64,000 nucleotides of DNA from Eledone cirrhosa (lineage: Eukaryota): the NCBI GenBank assembly GCA_964016885.1, contig OZ024742.1, forward strand, positions 164,858,001-164,922,000. The letters are read 5' to 3'. Positions 28,001 to 40,800 of the stretch are shown here, one piece after another. The notes below the pieces were generated by a model that searched no databases, was not told the origin of the DNA, and was given only the letters and a program-made list of their open reading frames with translations. The position numbers were made by a program, and so were the translations under genes. The number at the start of each line of letters is the position of its first letter. Position 1 is the stretch's first letter.

Positions 28001-30269
28001 CTTTCATTTTTTTTACAAATTATCTCCCCCTGATTTTTTTTTACAAATTATCTCCCCCTGATTTTTTTTTACAAATTATCTACCCCTAATTTTTTTTTAC
28101 AAATTATCTCCCCCTGATTTTTTTTACAAATTATCTCCCCCTGATTTTTTTTTTACAAATTATCTCCCCCTGATTTTTTTACAAATTATCTCCCCCTGAT
28201 TTTTTTTACAAATTATCTCCGCCTGATTTTTTTAAATATTATCTTCTCTTGGCTGGCGGGAAATTATCTCCCCTTGGACGGCTGAAAATTATCTCCCCTT
28301 GGACGGCTGGAAATTATCTCCCCTTGATTTTTTTTACAAATTATCTCCCCCTGATTTTTTTTTACAAATTATCTCCCCCTGATTTTTTTTTACAAATTAT
28401 CTCCCCCTGATTTTTTTTTACAAATTATCTCCCCCTGATTTTTTTTACAAATTATCTCCCCCTGATTTTTTTACAAATTATCTCCCCTTGGCTGGCTGGA
28501 AATTATCTCCCCTTGGAGGCTGGAATTTATCTCCCCTTGGACGGCTAGAAATTACCTCTCCTTGGACGGCTGGAAAATATGTCCTTGGACGGCTGGATAT
28601 TATCTACCCTTGGACGGCTGGAAATTATCTCCCCTTGGACGGCTGGAAATTATCTCCCCTTGGACGGCTAGATATTACCTCCCCTTGGACGGCTGGAAAT
28701 TATCTCCCCTTGATTTTTTTTACAAATTATCTCCCCCTGATTTTTTTTTACAAATTATCTCCCCCTGATTTTTTTTTACAAATTATCTCCGCCTGATTTT
28801 TTTTTACAAATTATCTCCCCCTAATTTTTTTTACAAATTATCTCTCCCTGATCTTTTTTTACAAATTATCTCCCCTTGATTTTTTTTTACCAATTATCTA
28901 CCCCTGATTTTTTTTTACAAATTATCTCCCCCTTATTTTTTTTACAAATTATCTCCCCCTGATTTTTTTTACAAATTATCTCCCCCTGATTTTTTTACAA
29001 ATTATCTCCCCCCGATTTTTTTTACAAATTATATCCGCCTAATTTTTTAAATATTATCTATCCTTGGCTGGCGGGAAATTATCTCCCCTTGGACGGCTGA
29101 AAATTTTCTCCCCTTGGACGGCTGGAAATTATCTCCCCTTGATTTTTTTACAAATTATCTCCCCCTGATTATTTTTTACAAATTATCTCCCCCTGATTTT
29201 TTTTTACAAATTATCTCCCTCTGATTTTTTTTACAAATTATCTCCCCTTGGCTGGCTGGAAATTATCTCCCCTTGGAGGCTGGAATTTATCTCCCCTTGG
29301 ACGGTTAGAAATTACCTCTCCTTGGACTGCTGGAAAATATGTCTCCTTGGACGGCTGGAAATTATCTCCCCTTGGACGGCTGGAAATTATCTCCCCTTGG
29401 ACGGCTGGAAATTATCTCTCCTCGGACGACTAGAAATTACCTCTCCTTGGACAGCTGAAAATTATCTCCCCTTGGACGGCTGGAAATTATCTCCCCTTGA
29501 TTTTTTTTACAAATTATCTCCCCCTGATTTATTTTACAAATTATCTCCCCCTGATTTTTTTTTACAAATTATCTCCCCCTGATTTTTTTTACAAATTATC
29601 TCCCCCTGATATTTTTTACAAATTATCTCCCCCTGATTTTTTTACAAATTATCTCCCCTTGGCTGGCTGGAAATTATCTACCCTTGGAGGCTGGAATTTA
29701 TCTCCCCTTGGACGGCTAGAAATTACCTCGCCTTGGACGGCTGGAAAATATGTCTCCTTGGACGGCTGGAAATTATCTCCCCTTGGACGGCTGGAAATTA
29801 TCTCCCCTTGGACGGCTGGAAATTATCTCCCCTTGGACGGCTAGATATTACCTCCCCTTGGACGGCTAGAAATTATCTCCCCTTGATTTTTTTTACAAAT
29901 TATCTCCCCCTGATTTTTTTTTACAAATTATCTCCCCCTGATTTTTTTTTACGAAGTATCTCCCCCTGATTTTTTTTTACAAATTATCTCCGCCTGATTT
30001 TTTTTAAAAAATTATCTCCCCTTGAACGGCTGGAAATTATCTCCCCTTGGACGGCTGGAAATTATCTCCCCTTGGACGGCTAGAAATTACCTCTCCTTGG
30101 ACGGCTGAAAATTATCTCCCATTGGACGGCTGCAAATTATCTCCCCTTGATTTTTTAACAAATTATCTCCCCCTGATTTTTTTTTACAAATTATCTCCCC
30201 CTGATTTTTTTTTACAAATTATGTACGCCTAATTTTTTTTACAAATTATCTCCCCCTGATTTTTTTTTA

Positions 30270-33200
30270 CAAATTATCTCCCCCTGATTTTTTTTACAAA
30301 TTATCTCCCCCTGATTTTTTTTTACAAATTATTTCCCCCTGATTTTTTTACAAATTATCTCCCCCCTGATTTTTTTTACAATCTCCGCCTGATTTTTTTA
30401 AAAATTATCTTCCCTTGGCTGGCGGGAAATTATCTCCCCTTGGACGGCTGGAAATTATATCCCCTTGGAAGGATGGAAATTATCTCCCCTTGGACGGCTG
30501 GAAATTATCTCCCCTTGGACGGCTGGAAATTATCTCCCCTTGGACAGCTGGAAATTATCTGTCCTTGATTTTGTTTTTACAAATTATCTCCCCCTGATTT
30601 TTTTTACAAATTATCTCCACCTGATTTTTTAAAAAATTATCTCCCCTTGGACGGCTGGAAATTATCTCCCCTTGATTTTTTTTACAAATTATCTCCCCCT
30701 GATTTTTTTTTACAAATTATCTCCCCCTGATTTTTTTTTACAAATTATCTCCCCCTGATTTTTTTTTACAAATTATCTCACCCTGATTTTTTTTACAAAT
30801 TATCTCTCCCTGATTTTTTTACAAATTATCTCCCCTTGGCTGGCTGGAAATTATCTCCCCTTGGAGGCTGGAATTTATCTCCCCTTGGACGGCTAGAAAT
30901 TACCTCTCCTTGGACGGCTGGAAAATATGTCTCCTTGGACGGCTGGATATTATCTACCCTTGGACGGCTGGAAATTATCTCCCCTTGGACGGCTGGAAAT
31001 TATCTCCTCTTGGACGGCTAGATATTACCTCCCCTTGGACGGCTGGAAATTATCTCCCCTTGATTTTTTTACAAATTATCTCCCCCTGATTTTTTTACAA
31101 ATTATCTCCCCCTGATTTTTTTACAAATTATCTCCGCCTAATTTTTTTAAATATTATCTTCCCTTGGCTGGCGGGAAATTATCTCCCCTTGGACGGCTGA
31201 AAATTATCTCCCCTTGGACGGCTGGAAATTATCTCCCCTTGATTTTTTTTACAAATTATCTCCCCCTGATTTTTTTTTACAAATTATCTCCCCCTGATTT
31301 TTTTTACAAATTATCTCCCCCTGATTTTTTTACAAATTATCTCCCCTTGGCTGGCTGGAAATTATCTCCCCTTGGAGGCTGGAATTTATCTCCCCTTGGA
31401 CGGCTAGAAATTACCTCTCCTTGGAAGGCTGGAAAATATGTCCTTGGACGGCTGGATATTATCTACCCTTGGACGGCTGGAAATTATCTCCCCTTGGACG
31501 GCTGGAAATTATCTCCCCTTGGACGGCTAGATATTACCTCCCCTTGGACGGCTGAAAATTATCTCCCCTTGGACGGCTGGAAATTATCTCCCCTTGATTT
31601 TTTTTTACAAATTATCTCCCCCTGATTATTTTTTACAAATTATCCCCTGATTTTTTTTTTACAAATTATCTCCCCCTGATTTTTTTTACAAATTATCTCC
31701 CCCTGATTTTTTTACAAATTATCTCCCCTTGGCTGGCTGGAAATTATCTCCCATTGGAGGCTGGAATTTATCTCCCCTTGGACGGTTAGAAATTACCTCC
31801 CCTTGGACGGCTGGAAAATATGTCTCCTTGGACGGCTGGAAATTATCGCGCCTTGGACGGCTGGAAATTATCTCCCCTTGGACGGCTGGAAATTATCTCT
31901 CATCGGATGGCTAGAAATTACCTCTCCTTGGACAGCTGAAAATTATCTCCCCTTGGACGGCTGGAAATTATCTCCCCTTGATTTTTTTTACAAATTATCT
32001 CCCCCTGATTTTTTTTTACAAATTATCTCCCCCTGATTTTTTTTTACAAATTATCTCCCCCTGATTTTTTTTTACAAATTATCTCCCCCTGATATTTTTT
32101 ACAAATTATCTCCCCCTGATTTTTTTACAAATTATCTCCCCTTGGCTGGCTGGAAATTATCTCCCCTTGGAGGCTGGAATTTATCTCCCCTTGGACGGCT
32201 AGAAATTACCTCGCCTTGGACGGCTGGAAAATATGTCTCCTTGGACGGCTGGAAATTATCTCCCCTTGGACGGCTGGAAATTATCTCCCCTTGGACAGCT
32301 GGAAATTATCTCCCCTTGGACGGCTAGATATTACCTCCCCTTGGACGGCTGGAAATTATCTCCCCTTGATTTTTTTTACAAATTATCTCCCCCTGATTTT
32401 TTTTTACAAATTATCTCCCCCTGATTTTTTTTACGAATTATCTCCCCCCGATTTTTTTTTACAAATTATCTCCGCCTGATTTTTTTTTAAAAATTATCTC
32501 CCCTTGAACGGCTGGAAATTATCTCCCCTTGGACGGCTGGAAATTATCTCCCCTTGGACGGCTAGAAATTACCTCTCCTTGGACGGCTGAAAATTATCTC
32601 CCCTTGGACGGCTGCAAATTATCTCCCCTTGATTTTTTAACAAATTATCTCCCCCTGATTTTTTTTTACAAATTATCTCCCCCTGATTTTTTTTTACAAA
32701 TTATCTCCCCCTGATTTTTTTTTACAAATTATCTCCCCCTGATTTTTTTACAAATTATCTCCCCCTGATTTTTTTTACAATCTCCGCCTGATTTTTTAAA
32801 AAATTATCTTCCCTTGGCTGGCGGGAAATTATCTCCCCTTGGACGGCTGGAAATTATCTCCCCTTGGACGGCTGGAAATTATCTCCCCTTGGACAGCTGG
32901 AAATTATCTGCCCTTGATTTTGTTTTTACAAATTATCTCCCCCTGATTTTTTTTACAAATTATCTCCACCTGATTTTTTAAAAAATTATCTCCCCTTGGA
33001 CGGCTGGAAATTATCTCCCCTTGATTTTTTTACAAATTATCTCCCCCTGATTTTTTTTACAAATTATCTCCCCCTGATTTTATGTTACAAATTATCTCCC
33101 CCTGATTTTTTTACAAATTATCTCCCCCTGATTTTTTTTACAAATTATCTCCGCCTGATTTTTTTAAATATTATCTTCCCTTGGCTGGCGGGAAATTATC

Positions 33201-36200
33201 TCCCCTTGGACGGCTGGAAATTATCTCCCCTTGATTTTTTTTACAAATTATCTCCCCCTGATTTTTTTTTACAAATTATCTCCCCCTGATTTTTTTTTAC
33301 AAATTATCTCCCCCTGATTTTTTTTTACAAATTATCTCCCCCTGATTTTTTTTTACAAATCTCCCCCTGATTTTTTTATAAATTATCTCCCCTTGGCTGG
33401 CTGGAAATTATCTCCCCTTGGAGGCTGGAATTTATCTCCCCTTGGACGGCTAGAAATTACCTCTCCTTGGATGGCTGGAAAATATGTCTCCTTGGACGGC
33501 TGGATATTATCTACCCTTGGACGGCTGGAAATTATCTCCCCTTGGACGGCTGGAAATTATCTCCCCTTGGACGGCTAGATATTACCTCCCATTGGACGGC
33601 TGGAAATTATCTCCCCTTGATTTTTTTTACAAATTATCTCCCCCTGATTTTTTTTTACGAATTATCTCCCCCTGATTTTTTTTTACAAATTATCTCCGCC
33701 TGATTTTTTTTTTAAAATTATCTCCCCTTGAACGGCTGGAAATTATCTCCCCTTGGACGGCTGGAAATTATCTCCCCTTGGACGGCTAGAAATTACCTCT
33801 CCTTGGACGGCTGAAAATTATCTCCCCTTGGACGGCTGCAAATTATCTCCCCTTGATTTTTTTAACAAATTATCTCCCCCTGATTTTTTTTTACAAATTA
33901 TCTCCCCCTGATTTTTTTTTACAAATTATCTACGCCTAATTTTTTTTACAAATTATCTCCCCCTGATTTTTTTTTACAAATTATCTCCCCCTGATTTTTT
34001 TTACAAATTATCTCCCCCTGATTTTTTTTACAAATTATCTCCCCCTGATTTTTTTACAAATTATCTCCCCCCTGATTTTTTTTACAATCTCCGCCTGATT
34101 TTTTTAAAAATTATCTTCCCTTGGCTGGCGGGAAATTATCTCCCCTTGGACGGCTGGAAATTATATCCCCTTGGAAGGATGGAAATTATCTCCCCTTGGA
34201 CGGCTGGAAATTATCTCCCCTTGGACGGCTGGAAATTACCTCCCCTTGGACAGCTGGAAATTATCTGCCCTTGATTTTGTTTTTACAAATTATCTCCCCC
34301 TGATTTTTTTTACAAATTATCTCCACCTGATTTTTTAAAAAATTATCTCCCCTTGGACGGCTGGAAATTATCTCCCCTTGGACGGCTGGAAATTATCTCC
34401 CCTTGATTTTTTTTACAAATTATCTCCCCCTGATTTTTTTTTACAAATTATCTCCCCCTGATTTTTTTTACAAATTATCTCCCCCTGATTTTTTTTTACA
34501 AATTATTTCCCCCTGATTTTTTTACAAATTATCTCCCCCCTGATTTTTTTTACAATCTCCGCCTGATTTTTTTAAAAATTATCTTCCCTTGGCTGGCGGG
34601 AAATTATCTCCCCTTGGACGGCTGGAAATTATATCCCCTTGGAAGGATGGAAATTATCTCCCCTTGGACGGCTGGAAATTATCTCCCCTTGGACGGCTGG
34701 AAATTATCTCCCCTTGGACAGCTGGAAATTATCTGCCCTTGATTTTGTTTTTACAAATTATCTCCCCCTGATTTTTTTTACAAATTATCTCCACCTGATT
34801 TTTTAAAAAATTATCTCCCCTTGGACGGCTGGAAATTATCTCCCCTTGATTTTTTTTACAAATTATCTCCCCCTGATTTTTTTTTACAAATTATCTCCCC
34901 CTGATTTTTTTTTACAAATTATCTCCCCCTGATTTTTTTTTACAAATTATCTCACCCTGATTTTTTTTACAAATTATCTCTCCCTGATTTTTTTACAAAT
35001 TATCTCCCCTTGGCTGGCTGGAAATTATCTCCCCTTGGAGGCTGGAATTTATCTCCCCTTGGACGGCTAGAAATTACCTCTCCTTGGACGGCTGGAAAAT
35101 ATGTCTCCTTGGACGGCTGGATATTATCTACCCTTGGACGGCTGGAAATTATCTCCCCTTGGACGGCTGGAAATTATCTCCTCTTGGACGGCTAGATATT
35201 ACCTCCCCTTGGACGGCTGGAAATTATCTCCCCTTGATTTTTTTACAAATTATCTCCCCCTGATTTTTTTACAAATTATCTCCCCCTGATTTTTTTTACA
35301 AATTATCTCCGCCTAATTTTTTTAAATATTATCTTCCCTTGGCTGGCGGGAAATTATCTCCCCTTGGACGGCTGAAAATTATCTCCCCTTGGACGGCTGG
35401 AAATTATCTCCCCTTGATTTTTTTTACAAATTATCTCCCCCTGATTTTTTTTTACAAATTATCTCCCCCTGATTTTTTTTACAAATTATCTCCTCCTGAT
35501 TTTTTTACAAATTATCTCCCCTTGGCTGGCTGGAAATTATCTCCCCTTGGAGGCTGGAATTTATCTCCCCTTGGACGGCTAGAAATTACCTCTCCTTGGA
35601 AGGCTGGAAAATATGTCCTTGGACGGCTGGATATTATCTACCCTTGGACGGCTGGAAATTATCTCCCCTTGGACGGCTGGAAATTATCTCCCCTTGGACG
35701 GCTAGATATTACCTCCCCTTGGACGGCTGAAAATTATCTCCCCTTGGACGGCTGGAAATTATCTCCCCTTGATTTTTTTTACAAATTATCTCCCCCTGAT
35801 TATTTTTTACAAATTATCCCCTGATTTTTTTTTTACAAATTATCTCCCCCTGATTTTTTTTACAAATTATCTCCCCCTGATTTTTTTACAAATTATCTCC
35901 CCTTGGCTGGCTGGAAATTATCTCCCATTGGAGGCTGGAATTTATCTCCCCTTGGACGGTTAGAAATTACCTCCCCTTGGACGGCTGGAAAATATGTCTC
36001 CTTGGACGGCTGGAAATTATCGCCCCTTGGACGGCTGGAAATTATCTCCCCTTGGACGGCTGGAAATTATCTCTCATCGGACGGCTAGAAATTACCTCTC
36101 CTTGGACAGCTGAAAATTATCTCCCCTTGGACGGCTGGAAATTATCTCCCCTTGATTTTTTTTACAAATTATCTCCCCCTGATTTTTTTTTACAAATTAT

Positions 36201-37810
36201 CTCCCCCTGATTTTTTTTTACAAATTATCTCCCCCTGATTTTTTTTTACAAATTATCTCCCCCTGATATTTTTTACAAATTATCTCCCCCTGATTTTTTT
36301 ACAAATTATCTCCCCTTGGCTGGCTGGAAATTATCTCCCCTTGGAGGCTGGAATTTATCTCCCCTTGGACGGCTAGAAATTACCTCGCCTTGGACGGCTG
36401 GAAAATATGTCTCCTTGGACGGCTGGAAATTATCTCCCCTTGGACGGCTGGAAATTATCTCCCCTTGGACAGCTGGAAATTATCTCCCCTTGGACGGCTA
36501 GATATTACCTCCCCTTGGACGGCTGGAAATTATCTCCCCTTGATTTTTTTTACAAATTATCTCCCCCTGATTTTTTTTTACAAATTATCTCCCCCTGATT
36601 TTTTTTTACGAATTATCTCCCCCCGATTTTTTTTTACAAATTATCTCCGGCTGATTTTTTTTTAAAAATTATCTCCCCTTGAACGGCTGGAAATTATCTC
36701 CCCTTGGACGGCTGGAAATTATCTCCCCTTGGACGGCTAGAAATTACCTCTCCTTGGACGGCTGAAAATTATCTCCCCTTGGACGGCTGCAAATTATCTC
36801 CCCTTGATTTTTTAACAAATTATCTCCCCCTGATTTTTTTTTACAAATTATCTCCCCCTGATTTTTTTTTACAAATTATCTCCCCCTGATTTTTTTTTAC
36901 AAATTATCTCCCCCTGATTTTTTTACAAATTATCTCCCCCTGATTTTTTTTACAATCTCCGCCTGATTTTTTAAAAAATTATCTTCCCTTGGCTGGCGGG
37001 AAATTATCTCCCCTTGGACGGCTGGAAATTATCTCCCCTTGGACGGCTGGAAATTATCTCCCCTTGGACAGCTGGAAATTATCTGCCCTTGATTTTGTTT
37101 TTACAAATTATCTCCCCCTGATTTTTTTTACAAATTATCTCCACCTGATTTTTTAAAAAATTATCTCCCCTTGGACGGCTGGAAATTATCTCCCCTTGAT
37201 TTTTTTACAAATTATCTCCCCCTGATTTTTTTTACAAATTATCTCCCCCTGATTTTATGTTACAAATTATCTCCCCCTGATTTTTTTACAAATTATCTCC
37301 CCCTGATTTTTTTTACAAATTATCTCCGCCTGATTTTTTTAAATATTATCTTCCCTTGGCTGGCGGGAAATTATCTCCCCTTGGACGGCTGGAAATTATC
37401 TCCCCTTGATTTTTTTTACAAATTATCTCCCCCTGATTTTTTTTTACAAATTATCTCCCCCTGATTTTTTTTTACAAATTATCTCCCCCTGATTTTTTTT
37501 TACAAATCTCCCCCTGATTTTTTTATAAATTATCTCCCCTTGGCTGGCTGGAAATTATCTCCCCTTGGAGGCTGGAATTTATCTCCCCTTGGACGGCTAG
37601 AAATTACCTCTCCTTGGATGGCTGGAAAATATGTCTCCTTGGACGGCTGGATATTATCTACCCTTGGACGGCTGGAAATTATCTCCCCTTGGACGGCTGG
37701 AAATTATCTCCCCTTGGACGGCTAGATATTACCTCCCATTGGACGGCTGGAAATTATCTCCCCTTGATTTTTTTTACAAATTATCTCCCCCTGATTTTTT
37801 TTTACGAATT
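30270..37810 (+). repeat. ~4.17-kb higher-order repeat, nearly two tandem copies
   Basis: Offsets 4174-4175 for 30415/34589, 30836/35010, 31164/35339, 31729/35903, 32142/36316, 32529/36704, 32996/37171. Confidence 0.87.
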
Positions 37811-40800
37811 ATCTCCGCCTGATTTTTTTTTTAAAATTATCTCCCCTTGAACGGCTGGAAATTATCTCCCCTTGGACGGCTGGAAATTATCTCCCCTTGG
37901 ACGGCTAGAAATTACCTCTCCTTGGACGGCTGAAAATTATCTCCCCTTGGACGGCTGCAAATTATCTCCCCTTGATTTTTTTAACAAATTATCTCCCCCT
38001 GATTTTTTTTTACAAATTATCTCCCCCTGATTTTTTTTACAAATTATCTACGCCTAATTTTTTTTACAAATTATCTCCCCCTGATTTTTTTTTACAAATT
38101 ATCTCCCCCTGATTTTTTTTACAAATTATCTCCCCTTGGCTGGCTGGAAATTATCTCCCCTTGGAGGCTGGAATTTATCTCCCCTTGGACGGTTAGAAAT
38201 TACCTCTCCTTGGACTGCTGGAAAATATGTCTCCTTGGACGGCTGGAAATTATCTCCCCTTGGACGGCTGGAAATTATCTCCCCTTGGACGGCTGGAAAT
38301 TATCTCTCCTCGGACGACTAGAAATTACCTCTCCTTGGACAGCTGAAAATTATCTCCCCTTGGACGGCTGGAAATTATCTCCCCTTGATTTTTTTTACAA
38401 ATTATCTCCCCCTGATTTATTTTACAAATTATCTCCCCCTGATTTTTTTTTACAAATTATCTCCCCCTGATTTTTTTTACAAATTATCTCCCCCTGATAT
38501 TTTTTACAAATTATCTCCCCCTGATTTTTTTACAAATTATCTCCCCTTGGCTGGCTGGAAATTATCTACCCTTGGAGGCTGGAATTTATCTCCCCTTGGA
38601 CGGCTAGAAATTACCTCGCCTTGGACGGCTGGAAAATATGTCTCCTTGGACGGCTGGAAATTATCTCCCCTTGGACGGCTGGAAATTATCTCCCCTTGGA
38701 CGGCTGGAAATTATCTCCCCTTGGACGGCTAGATATTACCTCCCCTTGGACGGCTGGAAATTATCTCCCCTTGATTTTTTTTACAAATTATCTCCCCCTG
38801 ATTTTTTTTTACAAATTATCACCCCCTGATTTTTTTTTACGAAGTATCTCCCCCTGATTTTTTTTTACAAATTATCTCCGCCTGATTTTTTTTTAAAAAT
38901 TATCTCCCCTTGAACGGCTGGAAATTATCTCCCCTTGGACGGCTGGAAATTATCTCCCCTTGGACGGCTAGAAATTACCTCTCCTTGGACGGCTGAAAAT
39001 TATCTCCCATTGGACGGCTGCAAATTATCTCCCCTTGATTTTTTAACAAATTATCTCCCCCTGATTTTTTTTTACAAATTATCTCCCCCTGATTTTTTTT
39101 TACAAATTATCTACGCCTAATTTTTTTTACAAATTATCTCCCCCTGATTTTTTTTTACAAATTATCTCCCCCTGATTTTTTTTACAAATTATCTCCCCCT
39201 GATTTTTTTTTACAAATTATTTCCCCCTGATTTTTTTACAAATTATCTCCCCCCTGATTTTTTTTACAATCTCCGCCTGATTTTTTTAAAAATTATCTTC
39301 CCTTGGCTGGCGGGAAATTATCTCCCCTTGGACGGCTGGAAATTATATCCCCTTGGAAGGATGGAAATTATCTCCCCTTGGACGGCTGGAAATTATCTCC
39401 CCTTGGACGGCTGGAAATTATCTCCCCTTGGACGGCTGGAAATTATCTCCCCTTGGACAGCTGGAAATTATCTGTCCTTGATTTTGTTTTTACAAATTAT
39501 CTCCCCCTGATTTTTTTTACAAATTATCTCCACCTGATTTTTTAAAAAATTATCTCCCCTTGGACGGCTGGAAATTATCTCCCCTTGATTTTTTTTACAA
39601 ATTATCTCCCCCTGATTTTTTTTTACAAATTATCTCCCCCTGATTTTTTTTTACAAATTATCTCCCCCTGATTTTTTTTTACAAATTCTCTCACCCTGAT
39701 TTTTTTTACAAATTATCTCTCCCTGATTTTTTTACAAATTATCTCCCCTTGGCTGGCTGGAAATTATCTCCCCTTGGAGGCTGGAATTTATCTCCCCTTG
39801 GACGGCTAGAAATTACCTCTCCTTGGACGGCTGGAAAATATGTCTCCTTGGACGGCTGGATATTATCTACCCTTGGACGGCTGGAAATTATCTCCCCTTG
39901 GACGGCTGGAAATTATCTCCTCTTGGACGGCTAGATATTACCTCCCCTTGGACGGCTGGAAATTATCTCCCCTTGATTTTTTTACAAATTATCTCCCCCT
40001 GATTTTTTTACAAATTATCTCCCCCTGATTTTTTTTACAAATTATCTCCGCCTAATTTTTTTAAATATTATCTTCCCTTGGCTGGCGGGAAATTATCTCC
40101 CCTTGGACGGCTGAAAATTATCTCCCCTTGGACGGCTGGAAATTATCTCCCCTTGATTTTTTTTACAAATTATCTCCCCCTGATTTTTTTTTACAAATTA
40201 TCTCCCCCTGATTTTTTTTACAAATTATCTCCCCCTGATTTTTTTACAAATTATCTCCCCTTGGCTGGCTGGAAATTATCTCCCCTTGGAGGCTGGAATT
40301 TATCTCCCCTTGGACGGCTAGAAATTACCTCTCCTTGGAAGGCTGGAAAATATGTCCTTGGACGGCTGGATATTATCTACCCTTGGACGGCTGGAAATTA
40401 TCTCCCCTTGGACGGCTGGAAATTATCTCCCCTTGGACGGCTAGATATTACCTCCCCTTGTACGGCTGAAAATTATCTCCCCTTGGACGGCTGGAAATTA
40501 TCTCCCCTTGATTTTTTTTACAAATTATCTCCCCCTGATTATTTTTTACAAATTATCCCCTGATTTTTTTTTTACAAATTATCTCCCCCTGATTTTTTTT
40601 ACAAATTATCTCCCCCTGATTTTATGTTACAAATTATCTCCCCCTGATTTTTTTACAAATTATCTCCCCCTGATTTTTTTTACAAATTATCTCCGCCTGA
40701 TTTTTTTAAATATTATCTTCCCTTGGCTGGCGGGAAATTATCTCCCCTTGGACGGCTGGAAATTATCTCCCCTTGATTTTTTTTACAAATTATCTCCCCC

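Larger units (their letters stand above)
6727..28597 (+). repeat. Large near-tandem duplication: ~6727-15747 repeated as ~17137-28597, second copy expanded by two internal duplications
   Basis: Offset 10410 for 6960/17370, 7373/17783, 8045/18455, 8700/19110, 9428/19838. Offset ~11979 for 11358/23337 and 11596/23575. Offset ~12820 for 12330/25150, 12742/25562, 13780/26601, 14634/27456. Private variants shared (CTTAGACGG, GCGGGCAAT, GCTAGCTG, GGTCGG, ACGGGTGG). Confidence 0.9.
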
